The notes under the pieces are model-generated. The model did no database searches. It worked only from the letters and a program-made list of their open reading frames with translations, and was not told the DNA's origin. This document shows positions 17,804 through 26,868 of a DNA stretch of 44,632 nucleotides, piece after piece; positions within the stretch are counted from its first letter, which is position 1; each line of letters begins with the position of its first letter. The DNA comes from an uncultured Candidatus Micrarchaeota archaeon. GTDB taxonomy: Archaea > Micrarchaeota > Micrarchaeia > Anstonellales > Bilamarchaeaceae. The stretch lies in contig CAILMU010000005.1 of the NCBI GenBank assembly GCA_903835325.1, positions 1-44,632 on the forward strand, in the 5' to 3' direction. A program made the translations under genes and the position numbers.

Positions 17804-18583
17804 TTAGACGGATGCGCGGGAACCCGGGCCCTTCTGGGATTTGTTGATGGCTTCCATGTTCATCCGCGTGTATTTGAGCAGCATATGCAGGTCGTGCGCG
17901 CCTATCTTCTGCACTATCTGGCCCCAGTGGACCGTCACGATATCACGGGGCCGCAATCGCTCTTGGACAAGGCGCACATCAGCCGGCTCCAGGTGGAGGC
18001 GCTCGCTTTTCTGCCTCAGGATCAGTGCCGGCTGGTTGGGATGCGCCCGAGTTATCGAGTATCGGTTCACCAGAGGGCGGTTTAGCGAAGAGACGACCAC
18101 CCTCCCGAATGTCACGCAGCAGGAGTCGTAGTTCTCGATTCTGCGCTCGACCTTGTCTGTCACGAAATTCACATAGAGGGAGTTGAAACTGTGGTGAGGG
18201 ACCATCCCCTCCGGGAGATTCTCTCTCAACGCGTCTATTCGTTTCCTGTTTTTTCCAGCGAGGAGGTCTTTTGAAAGGAACCTGCGGAGCGCATCTGAAG
18301 AGATATTATCCAGCAGATGGTTCCCTATCCAGAAAGCCCTGACGACATCAAGGTCGAACGGCTCGCGGTCGTTCTCGCGCGAGATGAGTTTGAGATAAGC
18401 GTAATGGGTATGGAAATCCTTCAAGGCGCGCTCGAGCTCGCGGACAGTGGAAGCGTCGCGCTCGCCGTGAATATATCGTTTAAGCGTTGCCGAAAAAGAT
18501 TTCTTTCCGCAATAGCCATGCCTGTTCGGAGGATAGGCATAGAGGGCCGCGAGGACAGCCCCGGGTATCTTCTCCCCGGGCAT
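17804..18583 (-). CDS. Conserved hypothetical protein (259 aa)
   Basis: The ORF is clean and its ATG directly abuts the stop of the upstream EamA gene (18583/18584). The N-terminal motif is LYAYPPNRHGYCG. I cannot name the family with confidence. Confidence 0.6.
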   Translation of the reverse strand: MPGEKIPGAVLAALYAYPPNRHGYCGKKSFSATLKRYIHGERDASTVRELERALKDFHTHYAYLKLISRENDREPFDLDVVRAFWIGNHLLDNISSDALRRFLSKDLLAGKNRKRIDALRENLPEGMVPHHSFNSLYVNFVTDKVERRIENYDSCCVTFGRVVVSSLNRPLVNRYSITRAHPNQPALILRQKSERLHLEPADVRLVQERLRPRDIVTVHWGQIVQKIGAHDLHMLLKYTRMNMEAINKSQKGPGSRASV

Positions 18584-19567
18584 TCAATCTACTCCGAAAA
18601 TCAGCTTCCTTGATTCGGTGCGGGCATGGTCGAGCGCTTCCAGGATGCCGGATATGCGCGTCGCCATCACTGCCCCGAAAAGGATGAGCGCGAGGCCGAG
18701 ACCCGCTGTCAGCGAAATACCCTTCCCCATGAATGCGAGCTCGAGGAGAGCTGTCACGACGCCTCCGATTGTGAAGATGCTTGCCGCTTTCAGGACGGGC
18801 AGGTATCTAAGCGTCGTATACCAAGCGAGCACGAAGACTGAGAGCAGCGATGATGTCACGAACAGCCAGGCGAGCATCGATGGTTCAGCTGCGAGTTGCG
18901 CTATCGCGCCCAGATCCCCAGCGAATGCCATGAATGCGATAAGTATCGACGAACCAATCAAAAGGCGCGAAATCATCACGATTCTCGGATCGATCGAGAC
19001 GGCGGTCATGGCTTTTCTCGAAATCGTATATTCGAGAGCCCATAGCATCGTCGCACCCAGGACCAGGGCCTGGGGCAAACCGAAACCAAGATTGCCCGAG
19101 ATAAGCAATGCGTTCCCGGCAAGGATGATGAACCCTGCGATGATATCTTTCGGTTCAGGCCTCTCTGCCAGGACCAGATAGCCGAACACGCCTGCGAACA
19201 CGAAGAGCGAGCGGTATATGAACGAGCTGACGGCAGCGCCTCCGAGTTTCAAACCCCAGAAGAACATGGCGAATGGTACTCCTCCGCCTATAATCCCGAT
19301 CGCAACGAGGTAGAGTAATTGTTTTTTGGAAAGCGAGCGGATCGTCTTGATTTCCTTGAAAGCGAAAACGCAGGCGAGAACCACGAGAAATAGAACCGCG
19401 ACCAAATTCTTCGCGAGTGTATACGCCGTCGCATCCGCGAGCTTCAGGGCGCTGTCGTTCGCGAAAACCGAGATCCCGCTGACAAGCGCGGTTATCAGCG
19501 CAAGAATGACCCCTTTGCTCAAATCGCTTCCCCTATCCTCTGGAATGGATTTCCCGTTGGTTGGCAC
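18584..19567 (-). CDS. EamA/DMT-superfamily transporter
   Basis: About 10 TM helices form two EamA-like halves. The only in-frame start near the N-terminus is the GTG at 19567. Confidence 0.8.
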   Translation of the reverse strand: MPTNGKSIPEDRGSDLSKGVILALITALVSGISVFANDSALKLADATAYTLAKNLVAVLFLVVLACVFAFKEIKTIRSLSKKQLLYLVAIGIIGGGVPFAMFFWGLKLGGAAVSSFIYRSLFVFAGVFGYLVLAERPEPKDIIAGFIILAGNALLISGNLGFGLPQALVLGATMLWALEYTISRKAMTAVSIDPRIVMISRLLIGSSILIAFMAFAGDLGAIAQLAAEPSMLAWLFVTSSLLSVFVLAWYTTLRYLPVLKAASIFTIGGVVTALLELAFMGKGISLTAGLGLALILFGAVMATRISGILEALDHARTESRKLIFGVD

Positions 19568-19705
19568 ATCCGGGCTTTCTCGAAAAAAGGTTATAAATCA
19601 GTAAGGGCAGCAGCCAAGGCAGGACAAAATGAAAAAAGATATAAACAGGGGAGTGGCTAATCAATATGTATATTACTTGCCTAGTGGCAGGATTGGTCAG
19701 ATGAT

Positions 19706-20653
19706 ATGGTCCTTTGCATAATCGCATTCGCCGTATTCGCAATAATGTCGATATTCTCGGCAAAGTACAGGCCTCTTGCTAAACAAGGCTTCGAATGCGT
19801 GTTCAGGACAGTAACGCTCAGGCCGTGCAACACAGGCCTGGACGACCATATCAAGGCCGAGCTGGTGTCAGGGGTTTTGAAATATTCCCCGAGCGGGGCG
19901 CGCATCCTGAACAAGCATTATGTCCTGTTCTCATGGATAATAGTCATCCTGAGCCTCGGAAGCCTCGCTTATACTGCTTATGGGATCTACAATTTCTATG
20001 TATACGGCAATTGCGACGGCCCGGCAGCCACCACAGCCTGCGTCCTGAACACCATCACAGGCGATTACGGCAGGTTCAGCGAGCCGACGCAGCTGGTCGC
20101 CCCTACCGATTACAGCGGCATATCGCAAGGCGATATCAACGCGCCGATAAAGATAATCGAGTTCGGCTGCTTCACCTGCCCGTACACCAAAGAGGCCGGG
20201 CCCACGATGAGCCAGGTCCTCTCGAAATACAACGGCTCTGTCTATTACGCGTTCAAGCCTTTCCCGCTCCCGAACCACAACAACAGCTACGATGCTGCGA
20301 GGGCGGTTCTCTGCGCCAGGGACCAGGGGAGACAATACGAGCTCCAGAACCTCATCTTCAGGCAGCAGGACGTATGCAGGGAGAGCGGGAGCATGGAGAT
20401 AAAGACCCTCGCCCAGGACGCTGGCCTGAATATGAGCGCATTCGACCAGTGCTATGACAACAAAATGACGAACGCCGAACTGGATAGATACATCCAGCAG
20501 GGCAAGGACGCCCACATCTATGCCACGCCGACATTCTTCGTGAACGGCAAAGCTGTGGTTGGGCCGAAATCCCTTGAGCAGTTCGAGTGCGTCCTCAACG
20601 ATAAAAAGGACTTTGTAACACAAGTGAAGTGCTTCATAGACGGGATGGGTTGA
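19706..20653 (+). CDS. DsbA-like thiol:disulfide oxidoreductase fused to an N-terminal two-TM, Cys-containing membrane domain
   Basis: The thioredoxin-fold region has the CxxC motif IIEFGCFTCPYTK and the cis-Pro-type motif ATPTFFVNGK. The N-terminal ~110 aa have two hydrophobic helices plus the Cys pairs CVFRTVTLRPC and CDGPAATTAC. Confidence 0.8.
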   Translation: MVLCIIAFAVFAIMSIFSAKYRPLAKQGFECVFRTVTLRPCNTGLDDHIKAELVSGVLKYSPSGARILNKHYVLFSWIIVILSLGSLAYTAYGIYNFYVYGNCDGPAATTACVLNTITGDYGRFSEPTQLVAPTDYSGISQGDINAPIKIIEFGCFTCPYTKEAGPTMSQVLSKYNGSVYYAFKPFPLPNHNNSYDAARAVLCARDQGRQYELQNLIFRQQDVCRESGSMEIKTLAQDAGLNMSAFDQCYDNKMTNAELDRYIQQGKDAHIYATPTFFVNGKAVVGPKSLEQFECVLNDKKDFVTQVKCFIDGMG

Positions 20654-20657
20654 ACAA

Positions 20658-21860
20658 ATGGCTGATTTGAGGAATGTTCGGAAGGATTTCCCGATACTCT
20701 CCAGATACCCTGAACTCGTCTATCTGGACAGCGCCTGCACTTCCCTGAAACCTAACCAGGTGATAGACGCCGAGATGTCATATTACAGGGAATACGGGGC
20801 CTGCGGAAGCAGGAGCTCGCACTTCCTCGGAAGAAGGACCAACGAGAAGGTGGAGGCTGCCAAGGAGAACGTGGCGAAATTCGTCAATGCAGACCCCAAG
20901 GGCCTGATATGGACAAAGAACACTTCGGAGGCCATGAATCTCGTCGCGAACGCGTTCGATTTTTCGAAGCGGAGAAAGGTCGTGACTACGGCCATGGAGC
21001 ACCACTCCGTGCTTCTTCCATTCATCAATTTGCGGGACCAAGGGAAGATAGATTTGGAAGTCATCCCCTGCGATCCGGACGGAGAGATACCGCTCGAGCG
21101 CTGGGAAAGCGCGATAGACAAGGAGACCGCGTTAGTGGTATGCCACAGCTGGAACAATACCACCGGAACCGGCAGGGATATCCGCGCCATATCCCGCATC
21201 GCGCATGATGAGGGCGCGCTTGTTTGCATAGACGGCGCCCAAGGGGTTCCCCACCACAAGGCAGACCAGAAATCCGAAGGGGTGGATTTCCTCGCTTTCT
21301 CTGGCCATAAGATGCTGGGGCCCACAGGCATCGGAGTGCTCACAGTGCGTCCCGACCTTCTCCCGAAATTGGGCAATTTCGTGGTGGGAGGCGGAACGAT
21401 ATCCAATATGAGAATCGAAAAGCCCCAGTACCAGCTCGACACCTCGCGCTTCGAAGCAGGGGTGCAGCATTATTCTGGGATGTTCGGCCTGGCCGCAGCA
21501 TGCGATTATCTGCGGAACCTCGGGATGGACAACATCGCCCATCATGAGAAAATGCTGGCAAAACCGATGAGAGAGGCGATCGAAGCATCAGGCGCCGTCG
21601 TTTACGGCCCAAAACAGACAGACAGCCACGGGGCGCTCTTCTCGTTCAATTTCAAAGGCGCGAAACCGCAGGATGTGGCCTTGATGCTGGATAAGCTCAA
21701 TATCGCCGTCCGGGGCGGGTTCTTCTGCGCGCAGCCCGGGATGGAAGCCCTTGGAGCGAATGAAGGCGCAATCAGGGCAAGCGCTTATCTCTATACCAGC
21801 ATAGAAGACATAAGGAAATTCGATGACGCTATGAGGAAAGCTGGCGCTCTCTACTCATGA
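20658..21860 (+). CDS. sufS: Cysteine desulfurase (class V aminotransferase, SufS/CsdA-like)
   Basis: LDSACTSLKP is present. The PLP-lysine motif is FLAFSGHKMLGPTGIG. The C-terminal ...AVRGGFFCAQP... carries the catalytic Cys loop. Confidence 0.9.
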   Translation: MADLRNVRKDFPILSRYPELVYLDSACTSLKPNQVIDAEMSYYREYGACGSRSSHFLGRRTNEKVEAAKENVAKFVNADPKGLIWTKNTSEAMNLVANAFDFSKRRKVVTTAMEHHSVLLPFINLRDQGKIDLEVIPCDPDGEIPLERWESAIDKETALVVCHSWNNTTGTGRDIRAISRIAHDEGALVCIDGAQGVPHHKADQKSEGVDFLAFSGHKMLGPTGIGVLTVRPDLLPKLGNFVVGGGTISNMRIEKPQYQLDTSRFEAGVQHYSGMFGLAAACDYLRNLGMDNIAHHEKMLAKPMREAIEASGAVVYGPKQTDSHGALFSFNFKGAKPQDVALMLDKLNIAVRGGFFCAQPGMEALGANEGAIRASAYLYTSIEDIRKFDDAMRKAGALYS

Positions 21861-22088
21861 TTACGGGTCTTGTTTTCGCGGAAATAAGGCCTCTGCCGAA
21901 AACCATACTGATTATGCTGCTCATCAACAGAGCGGTGTCTTTATGGAAGAGGAATGCTTTGTTCTGGATGAAGGGGATGTGGATCTCCTGGCCGAGATTT
22001 TGAGGTACAGGAGGATGGCTGTGATGCAGGAAAAAAAGGGAGATGGGAATCGAGGCGCGAACCCGATGGCGTATTGATTCCATATTTC

Positions 22089-22469
22089 TTATAGCACCGA
22101 CCAGCTGACTGACCGCACTCCCTTGTCTTTTTTCAGCATGCTGAAGAGGTCCCTGATCCTTTTCGCCTCTGCGCAGACAATGAGGACTTCAAGGCAGATC
22201 CCGACGTGGTGGCGGTGGATCGTGGTTTCGATGCTGTCCTCGAACTTATGCAGGAGGTCGGATACTCGGTGCTTTTCGGATTCCTTATAGGAGACAACGA
22301 AGACCCCGTCGATGTGGCCCTTGAGGGACTCCATGGCGGAGTATTCATTCACGAGCGATTTTATCGTCGCGCGGATGAGTTTCGAGCGGCTCTTGAAACC
22401 CAGGTGCTCCTGAGTCTTGTCAAGCTCATCCAATGTGTCCTTGTCCAGTGACATGCTGATTATTTCCAT
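22089..22469 (-). CDS. nikR: NikR-type ribbon-helix-helix metal-responsive regulator
   Basis: The RHH N-terminus is MEIISMSLDKDTLDELDKTQEHLGFKSRSKLIRATI. The C-terminal metal-site signature is ETTIHRHHVGICLEVLIV (HxHH...C followed by LEV). The track ORF 22089..22583 carries an implausible N-terminal extension. Confidence 0.85.
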   Translation of the reverse strand: MEIISMSLDKDTLDELDKTQEHLGFKSRSKLIRATIKSLVNEYSAMESLKGHIDGVFVVSYKESEKHRVSDLLHKFEDSIETTIHRHHVGICLEVLIVCAEAKRIRDLFSMLKKDKGVRSVSWSVL

Positions 22470-22480
22470 CGATGAAACAC

Positions 22481-22639
22481 CTATCTGTCTGAAATCTTCT
22501 CGCGTACTCCGTTGAGGATGAGCGCGGCTGTCGAGAGGATGCATACGGGGCAGGGGCAGACCGATAGCGAGCCGATGCCCCAAAGTGCGCCGAGCGCAAG
22601 GCTTTCGTTGCCTTTCTTGAGCAGATTCTCTTTTTTCAT
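22481..22639 (-). CDS. Small (52 aa) hydrophobic protein with a CPCPVC motif; candidate metal-binding/transport peptide
   Basis: It falls below the ORF-track length cut-off. Manual translation gives MKKENLLKKGNESLALGALWGIGSLSVCPCPVCILSTAALILNGVREKISDR*. The start is ATG and the TAG stop lies 11 nt before the nikR ATG on the same strand. Confidence 0.5.
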   Translation of the reverse strand: MKKENLLKKGNESLALGALWGIGSLSVCPCPVCILSTAALILNGVREKISDR

Positions 22640-22686
22640 CGGTTTTCCCGTTCCATTAATAACATTTCCCGGATATAAAACAATAG

Positions 22687-22715
22687 TTAATAATATTTAT
22701 CGAAATATTTATTAA
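22687..22715. promoter_or_regulatory. Imperfect 29-bp inverted repeat (ttaataatatttatcgaaatatttattaa) in the divergent promoter
   Basis: The half-sites TTAATAATATTTATCG and CGAAATATTTATTAA are near reverse complements. The repeat sits 19-47 nt upstream of the transporter ATG (22734), so it overlaps the expected TATA/TSS region. Confidence 0.35.
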
Positions 22716-22733
22716 CATATCCAGAGCCAGGAT

Positions 22734-23675
22734 ATGTGTGGTACGATGATAGGCAGGAGCCCTGCGCCAGCTTTCGTTTTCCTTGCGCTATCGGCAGCAA
22801 TGCTTCTTGCCGGTTGTTCGAACACTGAGGCGAAGAAGAGCGGCCTTCAGGTCTCCGCGACTTTTTTTCCGTTCTATGACGCCGCCAAGGAGATAGCGGG
22901 CGACAGGGCGACCGTTACGAGCATAGTCCCTAACGGCGTGGAACCGCATGACTACGACCCGACGAGCGGCGACATCACAGGCATCGGCAACGCCGACGTC
23001 TTCATCGAGGCAGGAGTCGGATTCGGAAGCCTCGAGCAGAAGCTCTCGAACGGGCTTGGAAGCAGGGCCGTCATCGTGAACGCGAGCAGGGGAATAGATT
23101 TATTGCCTGGCGGCCAGGATGCTTCTGCAAGCCCAGGGCAAGACGGTTCCGCTGGCACCGTGGTCGACCCGCATTTCTGGCTATCCCCGAAACGGATGAT
23201 GACCGTAGCGGATAATATCAAGGCGGGGCTCGAGAGAGCGGATCCAGGCAATGCCAAGGCTTACGAAACGAACGCAGCGGATTTCAAAACCAAACTGCAG
23301 GCGCTCGATTCGGAATACCGCTCAGACTTGTCACATTGCAAAAAGGACACCATACTCACATCCCATGATGCGTTCGGATACCTCGCATCGGATTACGGGT
23401 TTAAGCAAATCTATATCTCAGGGTTATCGCCTGACGCTGAACCCACGCCACAAGCGCTTGCCCAGCTCGTGGATACGGCGAAGAGGGATAATATCACGAT
23501 AATCTTCTTCGAGAATCTTGTGGATCCAAGGGTTGCCCAGACCATAGCCGGCGAGGTCGGGGCCCAGACCATGGAGCTCAGCCCCCTGGAAGGCTCTAAA
23601 AACCAGAGCGACGACTATTTCTCGATTGCCAGGAAGAATCTCCATAACCTGGAGATGGCATTGGAGTGCGATTAG
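22734..23675 (+). CDS. Metal ABC transporter substrate-binding lipoprotein (ZnuA/TroA family)
   Basis: There is a lipobox (MLLAGCS). Family-typical segments include ...VPNGVEPHDYDPT..., ...DPHFWLSP... and ...SHDAFGYLA.... An acidic/Ser-rich loop (GGQDASASPGQDGSAG) occupies the position of the ZnuA His-rich loop. Confidence 0.85.
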   Translation: MCGTMIGRSPAPAFVFLALSAAMLLAGCSNTEAKKSGLQVSATFFPFYDAAKEIAGDRATVTSIVPNGVEPHDYDPTSGDITGIGNADVFIEAGVGFGSLEQKLSNGLGSRAVIVNASRGIDLLPGGQDASASPGQDGSAGTVVDPHFWLSPKRMMTVADNIKAGLERADPGNAKAYETNAADFKTKLQALDSEYRSDLSHCKKDTILTSHDAFGYLASDYGFKQIYISGLSPDAEPTPQALAQLVDTAKRDNITIIFFENLVDPRVAQTIAGEVGAQTMELSPLEGSKNQSDDYFSIARKNLHNLEMALECD

Positions 23676-24368
23676 ATGAAAGCGGTTGACATGGACGAGG
23701 TGTCTTTCTCATACGATGGGAATTCGGTGTTCCGGGACGTCACCATCCATATCGATGAAGGCGATTTCGTCGCAGTGATTGGACCGAACGGTTCCGGCAA
23801 GACAACCCTGATTAAGATAGCGCTCGGCTTGCTCAGGCCTCAGGCAGGCGGGATCAGGCTTTTCGGCACCCCTATCGAATCGTTCAAGTCCTGGGAGCTC
23901 GTGGGATATATCCCCCAAAAAGGCGATTTCGAGAGGAATTTCCCCGGCAGTGTGGATGAGGTCCTCGCCCTTAAAGGCGGCGCTATAGATAAGAAAACCT
24001 TGGAGCTCCTCGAGATAGAGCGCCTCGGGAAACGCAGGTTCTCGGAATTGTCCGGAGGCCAGCAGCAGAAGGTACTGATAGCGCTCGCATTGAGCTCGAA
24101 ACCGAAGCTGTTGATACTGGATGAACCCACAGTCGGCGTCGATGTCCAGGCGCTCCAGAATTTCTATTCCATATTGAAAAAACTGAACAAGGAACGGGGG
24201 GTCACGATACTCCTGGTCACGCACGAAGTGGGCATGATACAGAGCTATGTCAAATCCGTTCTCTGCGTGAGCAGGGAGTTCAGCTGCCAGGGCAAGCCTG
24301 AGAATCTGGAGGACATCCTGAAGGAAGCGTACGGGAAAAGCTTTGATATACATCATCACAAGCATTGA
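23676..24368 (+). CDS. Metal ABC transporter ATP-binding protein (ZnuC-like)
   Basis: Walker A is GPNGSGKTT, the signature is LSGGQQQK, and Walker B is LLILDEP. Confidence 0.9.
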   Translation: MKAVDMDEVSFSYDGNSVFRDVTIHIDEGDFVAVIGPNGSGKTTLIKIALGLLRPQAGGIRLFGTPIESFKSWELVGYIPQKGDFERNFPGSVDEVLALKGGAIDKKTLELLEIERLGKRRFSELSGGQQQKVLIALALSSKPKLLILDEPTVGVDVQALQNFYSILKKLNKERGVTILLVTHEVGMIQSYVKSVLCVSREFSCQGKPENLEDILKEAYGKSFDIHHHKH

Positions 24369-24390
24369 TCGGGCATTCAAGAGGAATAGC

Positions 24391-25233
24391 ATGGTTGGAA
24401 GCATATTAGGTTACGAGTTCATGCAACGCGCGCTTGTCGGCGGAGCGCTTGTCGCGCTCACCTGCGCTTCCTTAGGCGTATTCCTCGTGCTTAAGAGGCT
24501 CTCGCTACTTGGCGACGGCCTTGCGCACGTCGCGCTTGCTGGGGTGGCCGTCGGATTGCTGACCGGCATCGATACCGTCCTTTCCTCGCTCGTGCTGACA
24601 GTGCTCGGCGCCCTCGGTGTGAACGAGACCATAAAACGGACGAAAGTCTACGGCGAGACGGCGACAGCGATAGTCCTGTCTGTCGGGCTCGGGCTCGCGG
24701 TGCTGTTGATAGGGATAGCGAAAGGGTTCAACGCAGACCTGCTCAGCTATCTTTTCGGAAGCATCCTCGCGCTGAATACATCGGACCTGACGATAATGGC
24801 TATCGTACTCGCGATCTCGCTCGTATCCCTCGCTATCTTCTACCGCAAGCTCGTCCTCATGTCGTTCAACGAGGACATAGCGCTCACCAGCGGGATAGAC
24901 GCCCAGTTCATCGACAAGATTTTCATAATAGTTGTCGCGATGGCGGTTGTCGTCGGCATGCGGGCGGTGGGGATACTCCTTGTGAGCGCGCTCCTTGTCA
25001 TGCCCGCTTCGGCCGCGTTCCAGCTCGCTGGCTCGTTCAAGAAAACGATATTGTATTCCATCTTGATTTCCCTCGCATGTGTCGAAGGCGGGATAATTTC
25101 CGCATTCTATTTGAACTTGCCGCCGTCCGGAGCGATAGTGATGCTGCTGTTCGCGGCTTTCGTTCTTTCGGCGCTGTGGAGAAAGATATCCAGCAAGAAA
25201 GCTGATAGGGCCGTGTCGATGACGCGCGCTTGA
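24391..25233 (+). CDS. Metal ABC transporter permease (ZnuB/ABC-3 family)
   Basis: It is polytopic, with an N-terminus typical of the family (MVGSILGYEFMQRALVGGALVAL). The ATG at 24391 is preferred; the track start at 24343 overlaps the ATPase gene. Confidence 0.9.
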   Translation: MVGSILGYEFMQRALVGGALVALTCASLGVFLVLKRLSLLGDGLAHVALAGVAVGLLTGIDTVLSSLVLTVLGALGVNETIKRTKVYGETATAIVLSVGLGLAVLLIGIAKGFNADLLSYLFGSILALNTSDLTIMAIVLAISLVSLAIFYRKLVLMSFNEDIALTSGIDAQFIDKIFIIVVAMAVVVGMRAVGILLVSALLVMPASAAFQLAGSFKKTILYSILISLACVEGGIISAFYLNLPPSGAIVMLLFAAFVLSALWRKISSKKADRAVSMTRA

Positions 25234-25278
25234 TTCCTGATAATCAGAATAATAAACTTTCACTGGTTTTACGGCACC

Positions 25279-26028
25279 ATGGGAGCCAAAGCGAAACCGA
25301 AGGGAAAAAGCAAGGCTGATTCTGAAACTGCGATGAAAATCAAGGTCACGGAAAACGGCCCGTATATCATATCCGGCGGAGTGCCGATGGATACGCAGAT
25401 AATCTCGACCGAAGGGACAGACACGCCCCTCTGTTACAGGAAGGCTGAGGATTACCCCAAGCAGCAGGCATATGCGCTCTGCAGATGCGGGCACAGCACC
25501 GGACACCCGTTCTGCACAGGGAAGCATACCGAGATCGGATTCGTCGGAACCGAAACGGCTTCCAACAAAAAGTTCCAAGAGCAGGCAGACACCATCAAAG
25601 GCCCGCAGTTAGACCTCAAGGACGCGGTGGTTTTCTGCGCATCGGGAAGGTTCTGCGATGCCGGGAAAGGCGCATGGGAATACACCAAGGAATCGGACAA
25701 TCCTAAATCCAAGAAACTGGCGACCGAGCAGGCATGCAACTGCCCGGCAGGAAGGCTGGTCATTATAGACAAGAAGACCGGGAAAGCGATAGAGCCGGAT
25801 TTCAAACCGTCCATCAGCCTCCTCGAAGACCCCCAGGCGAACAGCAGCGGGCCGATAATGGTCAAGGGCGGGATACCTGTCGAATCCGCATCAGGAAAGA
25901 AGTATGAGACACGCAATCGCGTCACTTTGTGCAGATGCGGACATTCCCAGAACAAGCCGTTCTGCGACGGGACGCACCTCCAGGTATTTTTCAATGACGG
26001 GGACAAGCGGATAAAAAGGCAGGAATGA
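25279..26028 (+). CDS. Iron-sulfur protein with two CDGSH-type domains flanking a Cys-rich ferredoxin-like middle domain
   Basis: The two CDGSH signatures are CRCGHSTGHPFCTGKH and CRCGHSQNKPFCDGTH. The middle region is FCASGRFCDAGKGAWEY...ACNCPAGRL. Confidence 0.8.
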   Translation: MGAKAKPKGKSKADSETAMKIKVTENGPYIISGGVPMDTQIISTEGTDTPLCYRKAEDYPKQQAYALCRCGHSTGHPFCTGKHTEIGFVGTETASNKKFQEQADTIKGPQLDLKDAVVFCASGRFCDAGKGAWEYTKESDNPKSKKLATEQACNCPAGRLVIIDKKTGKAIEPDFKPSISLLEDPQANSSGPIMVKGGIPVESASGKKYETRNRVTLCRCGHSQNKPFCDGTHLQVFFNDGDKRIKRQE

Positions 26029-26861
26029 AACTGGAAAAGAAGGTCGTCTGCGTTATGGCATCACGTGTGAAGAAAACCGAATCCTCGGAGTACCACGACC
26101 GTATCGCCGAGCAGTACGAATCCGATTACAGCAGCCCTTACTGGCAGCTTTACGATGAGATAACCTGGAGGAACATGAAGAGGTTCCTCCCAAAAAAGAA
26201 AAAGGCGGTAATCCTGGATGTCGGCGGGGGGACCGGCCATTGGTCCAGGGCTTTGGCGAAACTCGGCTACTGCGTGGTTTGCTCGGACCTTTCCGAGAAG
26301 ATGCTCCAGGTGGCAAAGAAAAAAGCCAATGAGGAAGGTTTGGATGGATGCATCAGCTTCATCCAGGCGGATATCACGGATATGCGATGCTTCAAGGGCG
26401 GATTCTTCGACATGGTGATAGCCCAGGGCGACCCGGTCGGGTTCTGCGATGACCCGGAGAAAGCAATTGCAGAACTGTCACGGGTCGCGAAAAAGGGCGC
26501 GCATGTGTGCGTCTCGATCGACGGGTTCTTTTCCACCCTCTCGGATTTGATAGCCGCGAAAAAACACAAAGATATCGACCGATTCGAAAAAACCAAAATC
26601 ACGGAATTCCACGGCTCTTTTCCGGTGCATCATTTCACGCCGGAAGACCTGCGCCGGCTGTTCAAGGAAAACGACCTCGAGATGGTGACGATTATAGGGA
26701 AACCAGCCATCAATTTCGATCTGCACCAGGATGAAGTCGAGAAGCTGCTCTCGGATAAGAAAATCTTCAAGCGCGTCCTTGCTCTCGAGATGAAGCACAA
26801 TTCTGAACCTTCTATTGTCGGCTACGGCAGGCATATCGAGGCGATAGGGAAGAAGGTTTGA
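26025..26861 (+). CDS. Class I SAM-dependent methyltransferase
   Basis: Motif I is VLDVGGGTGHWS, with downstream D-L-S and acidic-loop motifs. The start overlaps the upstream stop (ATGA), which suggests translational coupling. Confidence 0.85.
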   Translation: MKLEKKVVCVMASRVKKTESSEYHDRIAEQYESDYSSPYWQLYDEITWRNMKRFLPKKKKAVILDVGGGTGHWSRALAKLGYCVVCSDLSEKMLQVAKKKANEEGLDGCISFIQADITDMRCFKGGFFDMVIAQGDPVGFCDDPEKAIAELSRVAKKGAHVCVSIDGFFSTLSDLIAAKKHKDIDRFEKTKITEFHGSFPVHHFTPEDLRRLFKENDLEMVTIIGKPAINFDLHQDEVEKLLSDKKIFKRVLALEMKHNSEPSIVGYGRHIEAIGKKV

Positions 26862-26868
26862 GATATGC

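Noticed and set aside
21943-22077. 44-aa ORF (MEEECFVLDEGDVDLLAEILRYRRMAVMQEKKGDGNRGANPMAY) in the sufS-nikR convergent gap
   Set aside because: It is plausible in composition, but I could see no promoter-like A/T box or other support. It was left out of the feature list and is worth a conservation check only.
22470-22583. N-terminal 38-codon extension of the nikR ORF as given in the track
   Set aside because: The extension (MGHRLAIGLPLPRMHPLDSRAHPQRST...) precedes a perfect RHH N-terminus that starts at the ATG at 22469. It also overlaps, out of frame, the better-looking CPCPVC small ORF.
24505-25578. 357-aa minus-strand ORF spanning the ABC permease and the start of the CDGSH gene
   Set aside because: It overlaps two well-supported plus-strand genes and crosses their intergenic region. 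The product is Arg/His/Asp-rich with no motif.
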